A stretch of DNA of 64,000 nt from an uncultured delta proteobacterium (GTDB lineage: Bacteria > Desulfobacterota > Zymogenia > Zymogenales > Zymogenaceae), in assembly GCA_963809875.1 (NCBI GenBank), contig CAWELC010000011.1:1275-65274 (forward strand). The letters run 5' to 3'. The position numbers were made by a program, and so were the translations under genes. This document shows positions 52,319 through 63,449 of the stretch, piece after piece. The notes under the pieces were generated by a model. The model worked only from the letters and a program-made list of their open reading frames with translations. It had not been told where the DNA came from and did no database searches. Numbering within the stretch: the first letter of the stretch is position 1; each line of letters starts with the position of its first letter.

Positions 52319-53119
52319 TTACGGCCCCAGGGAGGCCTTGAGCGCTCCGACAAGAGCGCTCACTTCTTCCAGCATTCGTCCCTCATCGCTACCGTGCCGC
52401 TCGATCAGGCTCATGAGGGCGCTTCCCACCACGACACCGTCGGCGGCGGCGCCGGCTCGCCGGGCCGTTTCGGGATTGGCAATCCCGAACCCGACCGCCA
52501 CCGGCAGATCGGTGATATCCCGGATACGGGATATCCGCTCCTCGAGATCGGCGGGCAGGCCGTCCCTCGCCCCGGTCACTCCTGTCACCGATATATAGTA
52601 GAGGAAGCCGGATGCGCCGGCAACGATCCTCTGAAGGCGCCCCCCGCCGCTCACCGGGGAGACAAGATTGATAAAATCGATACCGGCGCGGTCGGTGTGC
52701 TGTCTTATCTCGCCGGCCTCCTCGAAGGGGAGGTCGACGATCAGCAGCCCGTCGATTCCCGCCTCGCGGGCCCGCTCGGTAAATCGTCCCACCCCGTATT
52801 TCATGATCGGGTTGAAGTACCCGAAGAGAACCAGCGGCGCCGGGAGGCGCGGTCTGATCTCCTGGACCATATCAAGGATGCCGGACAATGTCGTCCCGTT
52901 TCGCAGCGAGCGCGTTGACGCCCGCTGGATAGTGGGCCCGTCGGCCGTCGGGTCGGAAAAGGGGACCCCGATCTCGATGAGATCGGCCCCGGCCCGGCCG
53001 ACGGCCGTGAGAAGCTTTTCGGTCGCGGTGAGGCTCGGATCACCGGCCGTAAGGTAGACGACGAGCGCCTTTTGACCGCGCGATTTGAGTCTCTGGAACG
53101 TGTCGGCGATTCTGCTCAT
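52319..53119 (-). CDS. trpA: Tryptophan synthase alpha
   Basis: [37 protein letters not shown]. Confidence 0.96.
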   Translation of the reverse strand: MSRIADTFQRLKSRGQKALVVYLTAGDPSLTATEKLLTAVGRAGADLIEIGVPFSDPTADGPTIQRASTRSLRNGTTLSGILDMVQEIRPRLPAPLVLFGYFNPIMKYGVGRFTERAREAGIDGLLIVDLPFEEAGEIRQHTDRAGIDFINLVSPVSGGGRLQRIVAGASGFLYYISVTGVTGARDGLPADLEERISRIRDITDLPVAVGFGIANPETARRAGAAADGVVVGSALMSLIERHGSDEGRMLEEVSALVGALKASLGP

Positions 53120-54312
53120 CTGAGAGTTACCTCCATGAGGGAGGCGATCGTATGTATGTCCTTGTCGCCTCGTCCCGATAGGTTGACGATGATGTCCCCC
53201 CTCTTACCGATGTCCCGGGCGATACGGACGGCCGCCGCCACCGCGTGGGCGCTTTCCAGGGCGGGGATAATTCCTTCCAGGCGCGTGAGGGTATGGAAGG
53301 CCTCGACGGCGGCGTTGTCGTCAACGGCCCGATAGGAGACCCGCCCGGTGTCCGCAAAGAGGCTGTGCTCCGGCCCCACCCCGGGGTAGTCCAGGCCGGC
53401 GGAGATCGAGTGGGTTTCGGTGATCTGGCCGTGCTCGTCCTGCAACACGTAGGTCTTGGCGCCGTGCAGCACGCCGATGCTCCCGCCGCAGATCGATGCA
53501 GCATGTCGGGATGATTGGACGCCGTCGCCGGCGGCCTCGACCCCGATCATGGCCACACTGTTGTCATCCACGAAGGGATAGAAGAGCCCCATGGCGTTCG
53601 ATCCCCCCCCGACGCAGGCCACCAGGCAGTCGGGGAGGCGGCCGATGGCCTGTCTGATCTGGCGCTTTGCCTCACGTCCGATGACGGCCTGGAAGTCCCG
53701 CACGATCATGGGGTAGGGGTGGGGCCCCGCCACGGTGCCGATTACGTAGAACGTATCCCGGACGGTGCCGACCCACTCCCGCATGGCCTCGTTCATGGCG
53801 TCTTTCAGGGTGGCCGACCCTGATTCCACGGGCCGGACCCCGGCCCCCAGCAGCTTCATCCGGAAGACGTTGAGGGACTGGCGCTCGATATCCACGGTCC
53901 CCATGAAGATCTCGCACGACAAACCGAAGAGGGCCGCCGCTGTGGCGGTGGCGACCCCGTGCTGGCCCGCCCCCGTCTCGGCGATGAGGCGCGACTTGCC
54001 CATGCGGCGGGCGAGGATCGCCTGGCCCAGCGTATTGTTGATCTTATGGGCGCCGGTGTGGCAGAGGTCCTCGCGCTTGAGCCAGATGCGCGCCCCGCCG
54101 GCGTGTTCGGTGAGGCGTCGCGCAAGCCAGAGGGGGGTGGGCCTGCCCGCGTATTTTGCGAGGTAGGGGGCGATCTCCGCAAACAACCCTCTTTTCCGTT
54201 TTTCCCGCTTATAGGACTCCTCAAGCTCGATGAGCGCGGGCATCAGGGTCTCCGCCACGTACCGGCCGCCGTACGGCCCGAAGTGCCCGCGGGCATCAGG
54301 ATATCTCGTCAT
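53116..54312 (-). CDS. trpB: Tryptophan synthase beta
   Basis: [37 protein letters not shown]. Confidence 0.97.
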   Translation of the reverse strand: MTRYPDARGHFGPYGGRYVAETLMPALIELEESYKREKRKRGLFAEIAPYLAKYAGRPTPLWLARRLTEHAGGARIWLKREDLCHTGAHKINNTLGQAILARRMGKSRLIAETGAGQHGVATATAAALFGLSCEIFMGTVDIERQSLNVFRMKLLGAGVRPVESGSATLKDAMNEAMREWVGTVRDTFYVIGTVAGPHPYPMIVRDFQAVIGREAKRQIRQAIGRLPDCLVACVGGGSNAMGLFYPFVDDNSVAMIGVEAAGDGVQSSRHAASICGGSIGVLHGAKTYVLQDEHGQITETHSISAGLDYPGVGPEHSLFADTGRVSYRAVDDNAAVEAFHTLTRLEGIIPALESAHAVAAAVRIARDIGKRGDIIVNLSGRGDKDIHTIASLMEVTLR

Positions 54313-54940
54313 TGGTTGTGCCTCCGTACCGCCTTACGATCTCGATGAAGCGGCGCATCTTAGCATGATCCTTGATCCCCGGGCTTTCCTCTACTCCCGA
54401 GGCCACATCGACCCCGAAGGGCCTCAAACGGCCGACGGCCTTCCCGACGTTTTGGGGCGTCAGGCCGCCCGCGATAATGATCCGACACCGGGCGGCATCC
54501 GCGCCCAGGAGGTCCCAGTCGAAGGGGACGCCGGTGCCGCCGTAAGACCCGGGGGTAAACGAGTCCAGCACGATGGTGGAGCCGGGCGGGTAGGCGGCCA
54601 GCGACCTGACGTCGCCCCTCTCCCTGACGCGCACGGCCCTGATGATCGGGAAAGGCGCCCCGGCCAGGAAATCCGCCGGCTCGTCCCCGGAAAGCTGCGC
54701 GGCCGAGAGGCCGCATCGGCCGACGGTCTCGATAATGAAATCCTCCGTCCGGTTCACGAAGACGCCCACCCGGGCGATGAACGGTGAGATCTCCCGACAG
54801 ATCATCCGGGCGTCTTCGGGAGAGATGTATCGCGGGCTTGCGGGATGAAACACGAACCCGAGGGCGTCGGCCCCGGCCTTCTCGGCGGCAAGGGCGTCAA
54901 TGGGCCTGGTAATACCGCATATCTTTACACGTACGGTCAT
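54296..54940 (-). CDS. trpF: Phosphoribosylanthranilate isomerase
   Basis: [35 protein letters not shown]. Confidence 0.95.
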   Translation of the reverse strand: MTVRVKICGITRPIDALAAEKAGADALGFVFHPASPRYISPEDARMICREISPFIARVGVFVNRTEDFIIETVGRCGLSAAQLSGDEPADFLAGAPFPIIRAVRVRERGDVRSLAAYPPGSTIVLDSFTPGSYGGTGVPFDWDLLGADAARCRIIIAGGLTPQNVGKAVGRLRPFGVDVASGVEESPGIKDHAKMRRFIEIVRRYGGTTNDEIS

Positions 54941-54949
54941 CTCGCCTCC

Positions 54950-55787
54950 TTACGATGTCTCTTCGGTCGTTTTTCGGGTCAGTTTGCGCAGCGCCCGGCC
55001 CATATCCCGGATATCGGGTATCTGCATGAGCATCTCTCCGATCAAAAACGATCGGATGCCCAACCGTCCATACCGGTCGATGTCCGCCCGGGACCTGATC
55101 CCGCTCAAGGCCACGGTCGTGACGCCGTCCGGGATAAGCCTGCCCAGGCGCACGGCCGTATCCCTGTCAACGTCGAGCGTCTCGAGATTCCGATTGTTTA
55201 TCCCGATCAGAGCCGGATCCGGCCGCGAGCGCCGTTTCAAGCTCATCTTCGGTGTTTACCTCCACGAGGGGTTCCATACCCAGATCGCGGGTTAGTCCGA
55301 TGAGATCGGCAAGGAGCGGTCGGTCAAGGATCTTGACGATGAGAAGGAGGGCGTCGGCCCCCAATACCCTGGATTCGTATACCTGATACGGGTCCACGAT
55401 AAAGTCCTTTCTCAAAAGCGGCAGGCCCACCGCGGCGCGCACCTGCCCCAGATAGGCGGGATCCCCGAAGAAGAAGTCCGGTTCCGTGAGCACGGAAAGG
55501 GCGGCCGCGCCGTTTTCCGCAAGACAGCGCGCCAGCTCGGCGGGGGGGAAGTCCGTTCTGATGACGCCGCGAGATGGGCTTGCCTTCTTCAGCTCCGCGA
55601 TAACGGCGACGTCCGACGGCTCGGGGGATACGGCGGCGCGAAACCCCCTCGGCGGTTCGAGGTAACCTATCTGATTCCGTAGCTCCTTTATGTCGATCAG
55701 GCGCCCGGCGTCTTCGACGTGCCGCCGCCGGCCTTCGACGATCCGCCGGAGGATCGGCGTCGGGTCGGTTGCATGGGTTGCGCTCAT
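54950..55787 (-). CDS. trpC: Indole-3-glycerol phosphate synthase (one apparent frameshift near 55235)
   Basis: [32 protein letters not shown]. Confidence 0.92.
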
Positions 55788-55806
55788 GGGTGGTTACCTC
55801 CCCTCA

Positions 55807-56832
55807 TCAGCAGTTGACGCCGGCCGTGAACCGGCGAAGCGCACAGAGTTTTCGGTGAGCGGCGCCGCTGTCCACGGATTCCTCCGCTTTGGCCAGTCCC
55901 GCTGCAAGACTCGCGGCCACCCCGCTGACCACGAGACCCGCGGCGGCGTTGAGCAGCGTCACGTCCCGTCTCGGTCCCCGCAGTCCCCTCAGGAGATCTT
56001 CTATGATCCGGGCGTTTTCGGCGGGCGCCCCGCCCATGAGATCCTCGACGCGCGAGGTCCTGATCCCGTACTGCCCGGGGTCCAGGGTAAATTCGCTCGA
56101 TTGTGCCGTCATGAACGTACGAGACGTTGGTGGTCCCGGTGGTGGTGATCTCGTCCAGCCCGTCCCCGTGGACGATCATCGCCCGCTTGGTCCCGAGCAT
56201 GACGAGCGCCTCGGCCATCACGCGGCAGAGCGCGGGGTCGTAAACACCCAGCAGCTGAGCATCGGCGCCGGCGGGGTTGGTGAGCGGGCCCAGGATATTG
56301 AATATCGTGCGAAAGCCCAGCTGTCTGCGCGGCTCGCTCACGTGTCTCATGGCGGCATGCAGCCTTGGCGCAAACAGGAACCCGATGCCGACTTCGTCGA
56401 TGCATTGCTCGACCTGCGCCGGCTCGATCGTGATGTCCACGCCGAGGGCCTCCAGGACGTCTGCGCTTCCCGATCGGCTCGATACCCCCCGGTTGCCGTG
56501 CTTTGCCACGCGGGCGCCGGCGCCGGCCGCCACAAAGGCCGCAGCCGTCGAGATGTTGAATGTCCTGCTGCCGTCCCCCCTGTCCCACAGGTATCCAACA
56601 GCGCGTTGCCGTTGAGCGGGTGCGGTGATATTCTCACCGCCTTCTTGCGCATGGTCGCCGCGGCACCGGCGATCTCCTGGACCGTCTCGCCCTTCAGCCG
56701 GAGTCCGGTCAGGAACGCGCCGATCTGGGCCTCAGAGGCCTGGCCGTTCATGATATACTCCATAGCCGTCTCCATCTCCTCAAAGGTGAGGTCCTGGGCG
56801 TCGGCCACCTTCTGCAACAGGGACTTAATCAT
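55807..56832 (-). CDS. trpD: Anthranilate phosphoribosyltransferase (apparent frameshifts)
   Basis: [46 protein letters not shown]. Confidence 0.92.
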
Positions 56833-57401
56833 GAGTGCCTCCCATTAATAGAAAGTTCTTAAGTATGTGTCTGCCGTGTTCGGTCATGATAGACTCGGGA
56901 TGAAACTGGATGCCGAACGTCGGGTAAAGCCGGTGCCGCACGGCCATGATCTCGCCGTCCTCTGTCGTGGCCGTGACCTCCAGACAATCGGGAACCGAAC
57001 CGGGATCGATAACCAGCGAGTGGTAGCGCGCGGCGGAAAAGGGCCTGGGTATATCGGCGAAAATGCCGTCCTGGTCGTGGTAGACGGGCGAGCACTTGCC
57101 ATGCATGATCCGCCGTGCCCTGACGATCCGGGCGCCGAAGGCGGCGCCGACGGCCTGATGGCCGAGACACACCCCGAGTATCGGCACCCTCGTGCATTTC
57201 CTGATCAGATCCACCGATACGCCCGCGTCCTGCGGGGCGCCGGGCCCGGGGGAGATCACGATATAGTCGGGAGAGAGCTCCCGCGCCTGATCGGCCGTTA
57301 TTGCGTCGTTGCGGAAGACTGCCGGGCTCCCTGCCCATTTCCCCGAGGTACTGGACAAGGTTATAGGTAAACGAGTCGTAATTATCGATCACCAGGATCA
57401 T
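56825..57401 (-). CDS. trpG: Anthranilate synthase component II (one apparent frameshift near 57325)
   Basis: [34 protein letters not shown]. Confidence 0.93.
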
Positions 57402-57410
57402 TGGGTTCCC

Positions 57411-58903
57411 CTATCTATACGCCATGTTATCGGCGGCCATCTCGATGGCCCTGATCATCCCCTGTGCCTTATCAGCGGTTTCCTGATACTCCCGCTCGGG
57501 ATCGGAGTCGTAGACGATCCCCGCGCCGGCCTGAATGTAGACCGATCCGTTCTTAATCACCATGGTGCGGATCGTGATGCACATGTCCATGTTTCCCGAG
57601 AACCCGATATATCCCACCGAGCCCCCGTAGGGTCCCCGGCACGACGGCTCCAGCTCATCGATGATCTCCATGGCGCGTATCTTCGGCGCGCCGGTCAGGG
57701 TGCCGGCGGGAAAGGCGGCCCGCAGGACGTCAAAGGCGTCCTTGCCGTTGATGAGTCTTCCCTCGATATCGGAGACGATATGCATCACGTGGGAGTATTT
57801 CTCTACCCGCATCAGCTCCGTGACGCTGACGCTGCCGAATTCGGATACCCGCCCGAGATCGTTTCTCCCCAGATCGACGAGCATGATATGCTCGGCCAGC
57901 TCCTTTGGGATCGGCCAGGAGATCTCGCGGCCAGCCGGTCGTCCTCGGCCGGACTCTTTCCCCTCGGACGGGTGCCGGCAATGGGCCTGATCTCGACCTT
58001 CTGCCCGTCGAGCCGGACGAGGACCTCGGGGGATGAGCCGACGAGGGTCACCGCGTCGAATTTCAGGTAGAAGAGATAGGGAGAAGGGTTGATGGTCCTC
58101 AGCGCGCGGTAGAGATCGAAAGGGTCGGCGGTCGATCTTGACCTCCAGGCGCCGGGAGAGCACGACCTGGATGATGTCACCGTTTTCGATATACTCCTTG
58201 CCGCGGGCGACGGTCCTGAGAAAGTCTTCCTTTGTGGTGGGTGACACCGGCGACGGCGACTCCGGCCTTTCCGGCCGGCGGCGCGTCGGCCTTGAGGGGG
58301 CGGGTCAGGCGCCGCTCAATCGCCTCGATCCGCCGGGCCGCCTCTTCGTACGCTGAGGCCGTGTCGGCGTCGTCCTCGAGAGATATATTGACCGCCACCT
58401 TGATGCTGTTTTTGACGTTGTCGAAGATGACGATCGTCTGGGCGATCATAAAGTACATATCGTACGCCGTGAGATCGTCGGACTCCTTTTCGGGAAGGCG
58501 CTCTATGAACCGGACCATGTCATAGCCGATATACCCGACGGCGCCGCCGAAGAAGCGGGGCATACCGTCCACTTCTACCGCCCGGTACCGTCCCATGAAC
58601 TCCTTCAGCTTTTCGAGGGGGTCATCGACCTCGCCCTCGAAGATCGTTCGGCCGAGACGCTTTATCTCGACGAGTCGTCCGCGGCTGCGAAAAACGGTGG
58701 AGGGTCCGATCCCGATGAAGCTGAACCGCCCCCATTTGTCTCCCCCTTCCACGCTTTCGAGGAGAAAGGAATGGTAGGGGCCGTCCAGTTTCCTGAAGGC
58801 GCTGACAGGGCGTCTCCATATCGGCGAGAAATTCGCGGTAGACCGGGACGAGGTTACCCGTCCGGGATAACCGCTCGAACTCGGAAAACGACGGGGTAAG
58901 CAT
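57411..58903 (-). CDS. trpE: Anthranilate synthase component I (apparent frameshifts)
   Basis: ATG 58903 after GGAGG; [42 protein letters not shown]. Confidence 0.93.
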
Positions 58904-58922
58904 GACCAGATACCTCCATAAC

Positions 58923-58953
58923 AAAAAAAGCCGCGGGCATACTCTCCCGCGGC
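58923..58953 (-). terminator. trp attenuator terminator, distal copy
   Basis: Minus strand GCCGCGGG-AGAGTATG-CCCGCGGC-T7. Confidence 0.85.
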
Positions 58954-58962
58954 CGAGCAAAC

Positions 58963-58996
58963 AAAAAAGCCGCGGGTGTTGAGATTCACCCGCGGC
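58963..58996 (-). terminator. trp attenuator terminator, proximal copy
   Basis: Minus strand GCCGCGGGTG-AATCTCAA-CACCCGCGGC-T6. Confidence 0.85.
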
Positions 58997-59038
58997 CTCT
59001 ATTATCTTGTCTTTCTTCTTATATAAGGGTAGACGATA

Positions 59039-59116
59039 TTATGGGGCGGACGAACCTCCTCGTATGGTGCCGCGCCACACCCAGCAGATACCGTTGAGCA
59101 CTACCTGAAACAACAT
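59039..59116 (-). CDS. trpL: trp operon leader peptide (25 aa; 31 aa if started at 59134)
   Basis: MLFQVVLNGICWVWRGTIRGGSSAP*; two Trp codons, GAAAAGG upstream, terminators downstream. Confidence 0.7.
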   Translation of the reverse strand: MLFQVVLNGICWVWRGTIRGGSSAP

Positions 59117-59218
59117 GGGGACCTTTTCGTTCATCGTTATTCGGTTAATCGTTCAATCTCATTTAGATTCAATCGCATCAATCGCACGAACGCACAAGAT
59201 CTATCTTGGATTTTCGCT

Positions 59219-59246
59219 ACTATAGCACGATGCGGCTCTCTGTCAA
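59219..59246 (-). promoter_or_regulatory. sigma70 promoter of the trp operon
   Basis: Minus strand TTGACA-N16-TATAGT with TGn extended -10. Confidence 0.7.
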
Positions 59247-59300
59247 TATATTTTTTACACGTATCTCGATATTTTTATCACGTAAGAATATCCGCCCGGG

Positions 59301-60845
59301 TCACCGGTCGGTTGACGGCGGCCCCGTCATGGCCCGAATCCGGTCGATCGCGGGGCCGATCCTCACGAACCGTTCGTAGAGTTCATCATAGGGCCCCCGT
59401 TCCCGCGACGGCTCCACCATTTCCGAAAAGAAATCGATGCGGGAAAGCGCCTCGTCGTGATCCCTGAACAGGCCCATCCCGATAAAACCGAATATAGCAG
59501 CGCCGACGACCGTGTTTTCGACCTGACGGGTCAGCCTGACGGGGACGCCCAGCACATCGGCGCGTATGCGGTTCAGGAGCCGGTTTCTTGACCCTCCACC
59601 CACGACCGTCAGCCGGGAAAAATTCGTCCCGGTCAGCCCGCCCAAAAGGGTCAGCGCCTCGCGCAGCTGAAATGACAGCCCCTCCAGGAATGCTCGATAG
59701 ATGGCACCGCGCCGGCTCTGGAGCGTAAGGCCCGTTATCGTCCCCGCGGCGTCGTATCTTCGGGCAATTCCCGAGCCTCTGATAAACGAGGGGTAGACCA
59801 TGATTCCCTCCGCGCCCCGCTGGACGTGCTCGGCCTCGGCGATCATCAGGTCATAGACGTCCTTCTTTCGTCCCGGGGACCTGAAAAAGGTATCGGCCGC
59901 CCATTCAAGGGCCCCGGAGCCGATCCACTGAAAGCCGGCGTTATAGAGACCGGGCACTGCGTCGCACTCGTTCTTGAGCCCGAGGGCCCTGGCCCGGTCG
60001 GAGGTATCGGGTGCGGTTCGTCGTACGAAGAGGATCTCCCAGGTGCCCGAGCTCAGGACCGCCTCACCGGGCGGGCATCCGGACCCCGCGATCGCAAACT
60101 GCGTATCGTGGCCGGCCGCCACCACGGGGACCTCCTCGGGAAGACCCAGGCGCCTGGCGGCGGGACCGGTTAGCCTCCCGATGATCGTGCCCGGCTCCAC
60201 GAGGGGGGCAAACAACGACCGGTTAAGGCCGATCCTTCCGATCAGATCGGTCGAATAGTCGCGTCGGCGTATATCCAGGAGCATCATGCTGTCGGCGGTG
60301 GTGGGGTCGTTGGTCATTGCGCCCGTCAGGCGGAAGTTGATGATCCCGGGCGTCATCAGGTATCTATGAGCCCGGGCAAGCGTCCCGGGGGCGTTTTGTT
60401 CGAGCCAGATCAGGCGGAAGAGGGTATGCTGGGTCATGACCTGTTCGCCGGTGATCCGAAAGAGGTCGGCCGACGGGATATATTCCTCGACGCGATTGGC
60501 GATATCGACCGTGCGCGGACACTGCCACGATATGACCGGATAGAGGAGGTTCCCGTTTTCATCGACCGGCGCCCCGTCGTCCGAAAATGCGGTGACGACG
60601 ATCGATCCGACGGCGTCTTTCCCCACCGCGGCAACCGTCTTTCTCCCGCAGTCGATCAACTTGCGCCAGACGGCCTCGATATCCCATATGAGCCAGTCTC
60701 GATCCGGCCGCTGGCGCACCGCGGCGTTGGGTCGGACCTCCCGATGGACGATATCACCCCTTTCGTTTACCGCGATCGCCCGGACGTTGGTGGCGCCGCA
60801 GTCGAACACGAGCACGAGCTGTTCCATTAAGCTTGGCGTTGTCAT
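59301..60845 (-). CDS. fucK: FGGY kinase, L-fuculokinase-like
   Basis: LVFDCGATNVRAIAVN, YPVISWQCPRT, GHDTQFA, LSSGTWEIL, VGGGSRN. Confidence 0.82.
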   Translation of the reverse strand: MTTPSLMEQLVLVFDCGATNVRAIAVNERGDIVHREVRPNAAVRQRPDRDWLIWDIEAVWRKLIDCGRKTVAAVGKDAVGSIVVTAFSDDGAPVDENGNLLYPVISWQCPRTVDIANRVEEYIPSADLFRITGEQVMTQHTLFRLIWLEQNAPGTLARAHRYLMTPGIINFRLTGAMTNDPTTADSMMLLDIRRRDYSTDLIGRIGLNRSLFAPLVEPGTIIGRLTGPAARRLGLPEEVPVVAAGHDTQFAIAGSGCPPGEAVLSSGTWEILFVRRTAPDTSDRARALGLKNECDAVPGLYNAGFQWIGSGALEWAADTFFRSPGRKKDVYDLMIAEAEHVQRGAEGIMVYPSFIRGSGIARRYDAAGTITGLTLQSRRGAIYRAFLEGLSFQLREALTLLGGLTGTNFSRLTVVGGGSRNRLLNRIRADVLGVPVRLTRQVENTVVGAAIFGFIGMGLFRDHDEALSRIDFFSEMVEPSRERGPYDELYERFVRIGPAIDRIRAMTGPPSTDR

Positions 60846-61143
60846 CGAAAAAATAATACGTCACCCGCAGAAAATAATCCATAGAAAAGAGGCAAAATAT
60901 CTGGTACAATCCCAGGCAACCGGCAAACGGCACATCCCTTCTATCCTCCCTTCGGCTTCTCCTGCATGTCCGGTAGCGTCAACCAGAGAGCCAGCGCAGC
61001 ACAAAAATATATATATGCAGCATTACTGGATGGTGGTGCCGTCGTGAACGGGGGCCACGTGCGGCCGGAGTGGCGAGGTCTTCCGGACGCCAACGCTCCC
61101 CAACGACACGGTGTGCGTGGTCACTTTAGCAGGAGGCATGTCT

Positions 61144-61674
61144 ATGAGCGACGAGAACATCTTGACGGGCTTTCGGCCGTCCCGGCGGGTCTTCTTGAAG
61201 GGGCTTGCCGTGGCATCGGCCGCCGTGGGGGCGGGCGGCGCCCTGTCTTCCTGCGGCGGCTATGAAAAGGCGCCCGAGGGACTCAAGTTCCTCGACGATA
61301 AGGGATATGCCGTCATCAGGGCGTTTGCCGACCGGGTGGTCCCGCGGGGAGGAGTCTATCCTGAGGGGGCGCTCGATACCGGCGTGGTGGAGTTCTTCGA
61401 CGGCTTTGCCGCCACCGACTATCCCGAGGTTCAGAAAGATTTCAAGAGCGCGATTGCCCTGATCGAGCACGGGCCGCTCTTCATCAAGGGGAAATTCACG
61501 CGCTTCAGCCTGATGACCCCCGAGGAACAGGACGACTACCTGGCCGCATGGCAGACAAGCTCCGTGACGCTGTTGAGAGGGGCATTCCTGGGGTTCAAGC
61601 GGCTCTGTTTCATGGGGTTTTACATCAACGAAAAGGTGTGGCCTTCCATCGGATACGAGGGTCCGCTGGTCTAG
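61144..61674 (+). CDS. Gluconate-2-dehydrogenase subunit 3-like Tat (lipo)protein
   Basis: SRRVFLKG twin-arginine motif, LSSC lipobox-like, C-terminal GFY....WPSIGYEGP. Confidence 0.8.
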   Translation: MSDENILTGFRPSRRVFLKGLAVASAAVGAGGALSSCGGYEKAPEGLKFLDDKGYAVIRAFADRVVPRGGVYPEGALDTGVVEFFDGFAATDYPEVQKDFKSAIALIEHGPLFIKGKFTRFSLMTPEEQDDYLAAWQTSSVTLLRGAFLGFKRLCFMGFYINEKVWPSIGYEGPLV

Positions 61675-61705
61675 TCCCCATTTTATCGAGTGGAGGAGTA
61701 GTGTC

Positions 61706-63244
61706 ATGTTTATAAAGCCTGACGATATCGTGTCGGACGTCAACCGCTCGTGTGACGTCTGCATTATCGGCGCGGGTTCCGGGGGATCCGTTATGGCCTG
61801 GGAGATGGGCCGGGCGGGGCTCTCGGTCATCGTCCTGGAGGACGGCGGGTATCACCGGGGGGCGGACTACAACCAGCGCGAGGCCGACATGTTCGGCGAG
61901 AACTATGTCGCCCGCAACGCCCGCGCCACCAAGGACATGGCGATCGCAGTCATGCAGGGACGCGGGGTAGGCGGGGGCTCGACGATAAACGTCTGCGACT
62001 GCGTGCGCATCCATGACGCGGTGCTTTCCCACTGGGCGAGCAAATACGGCGTGGTCGATTTGACCCCCGAGATTATGGCGCCCTATTTCGAAAAGGTCGA
62101 AAAAATCCTCTCGGTCGACCGCATCAGCGAGGCCCAGATCAACACCAACAATTCCCTCATCAGGAAAGGGGCCGATGCCCTCGGCTACGCGGGAGAGCGG
62201 TTCAACAACAACCGGGTCGGGTGCGTGGGGTGCGGCTACTGCCTGATCGGCTGCGCGTACGACGCCAAACGCGCCGGTCACACCGTCTACGTCCCCGAGG
62301 CCGTGGATGCCGGCGCCGATGTGTATACCTACGCGCGGGCGCAAACCATTACGGTGAAGGATGGGAAGGCCTCCCTGGTCACGGGCTCGATCATGGATCG
62401 AAAGACCAACCAGCCGAAGGTCGCCCTCGGCATCGAGGCCAAGGTGGTAATGCTCGGGGCCAACAGCGTCAATAGTGCCCAGATACTCCTCAATTCCAAG
62501 ATCTCCAATTCGAGCGGGCAGGTCGGCAAAAACCTGTCGCTCCAGCCCCAGAGCGCCGTATTCGGTATCTTCGACGAGGTGGTCAAGGGTTATCGGGGGA
62601 TTCCCCAGGCCTATGCGGTGACCCATTTCGAGGAGGCAAACGAGGAAGTGGGGCTTTCCGGCTTTCGGATCGAGGGGATCTTCGGCAGTCCCGGCATCGC
62701 CGCCGCCCAGCTGCCCGGGTTCGGGATGGTGACCAAGGAGCTGATGACCTTCTATCCGCATTTCACCGGCGTCCTGGTACTGGTCCCCGATCATCCGTCG
62801 GGCGAAGTGTCGGTCAATAAATATGGAAGACCCGTCATATCCTACTCGTTCACCGACGAATATAAGGGGCGCCTCATGACGGGAATAAAGGAGGCGGCAA
62901 AGATATTTTTTGCCGCCGGCGCCAGGAAGGTGCTGCTGGCCTACACGGAGCCGACGATCGTGGAAAATGTTTCGCAATTAGATATTATCGAGAAAAAAGG
63001 GATAGAGCCCGCATCCATCTCACTGATCTCGGCCCACCAGTACGGCACCTGCCGCATGGGGGAAGACCCGAGGACGAGCGTTGTCAACAGCTACGGGAGG
63101 AGCCACGACGTTGGCAACCTTTTCGTAGTGGATGCCTCCACCAATCCCACCTCCTCGTCGACGCACAACATGATCCCGATAATGGCGATGGCCCATCGCA
63201 CGGCCGACTACATTCTCCAGGACCGCGATCACTATTTCGCCTAG
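61706..63244 (+). CDS. GMC-family flavoprotein oxidoreductase
   Basis: IIGAGSGG, GRGVGGGSTIN, CVGCGYCLIGC, AHQYGTCRMG, NLFVVDAS. Confidence 0.92.
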   Translation: MFIKPDDIVSDVNRSCDVCIIGAGSGGSVMAWEMGRAGLSVIVLEDGGYHRGADYNQREADMFGENYVARNARATKDMAIAVMQGRGVGGGSTINVCDCVRIHDAVLSHWASKYGVVDLTPEIMAPYFEKVEKILSVDRISEAQINTNNSLIRKGADALGYAGERFNNNRVGCVGCGYCLIGCAYDAKRAGHTVYVPEAVDAGADVYTYARAQTITVKDGKASLVTGSIMDRKTNQPKVALGIEAKVVMLGANSVNSAQILLNSKISNSSGQVGKNLSLQPQSAVFGIFDEVVKGYRGIPQAYAVTHFEEANEEVGLSGFRIEGIFGSPGIAAAQLPGFGMVTKELMTFYPHFTGVLVLVPDHPSGEVSVNKYGRPVISYSFTDEYKGRLMTGIKEAAKIFFAAGARKVLLAYTEPTIVENVSQLDIIEKKGIEPASISLISAHQYGTCRMGEDPRTSVVNSYGRSHDVGNLFVVDASTNPTSSSTHNMIPIMAMAHRTADYILQDRDHYFA

Positions 63245-63271
63245 AAAGGACACAAATCTGCCGGCGACTGT

Positions 63272-63300
63272 ACGGGGGGCGCACGCCCCCCGTCTCTTGT
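63272..63300 (+). terminator. Probable intrinsic terminator
   Basis: ACGGGGGGCG-CA-CGCCCCCCGT followed by CTCTTGT (weak U tract). Confidence 0.55.
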
Positions 63301-63419
63301 CGCGCGCAAGACTTCCGATAACCCTCGCCTAATAGTTCTTCCGCTCTGCGGGGAAGTGTGGATCGCTCGATATTTTCCGGACTTCCTCCGCCTATCGCCT
63401 GACCATCAAGAGAAAATGC

Positions 63420-63449
63420 TTGACTCGCTGGGCATATAAAATATATACT
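63420..63449 (+). promoter_or_regulatory. Possible sigma70 promoter
   Basis: TTGACT-N18-TATACT in an AT-rich intergenic stretch. Confidence 0.5.
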
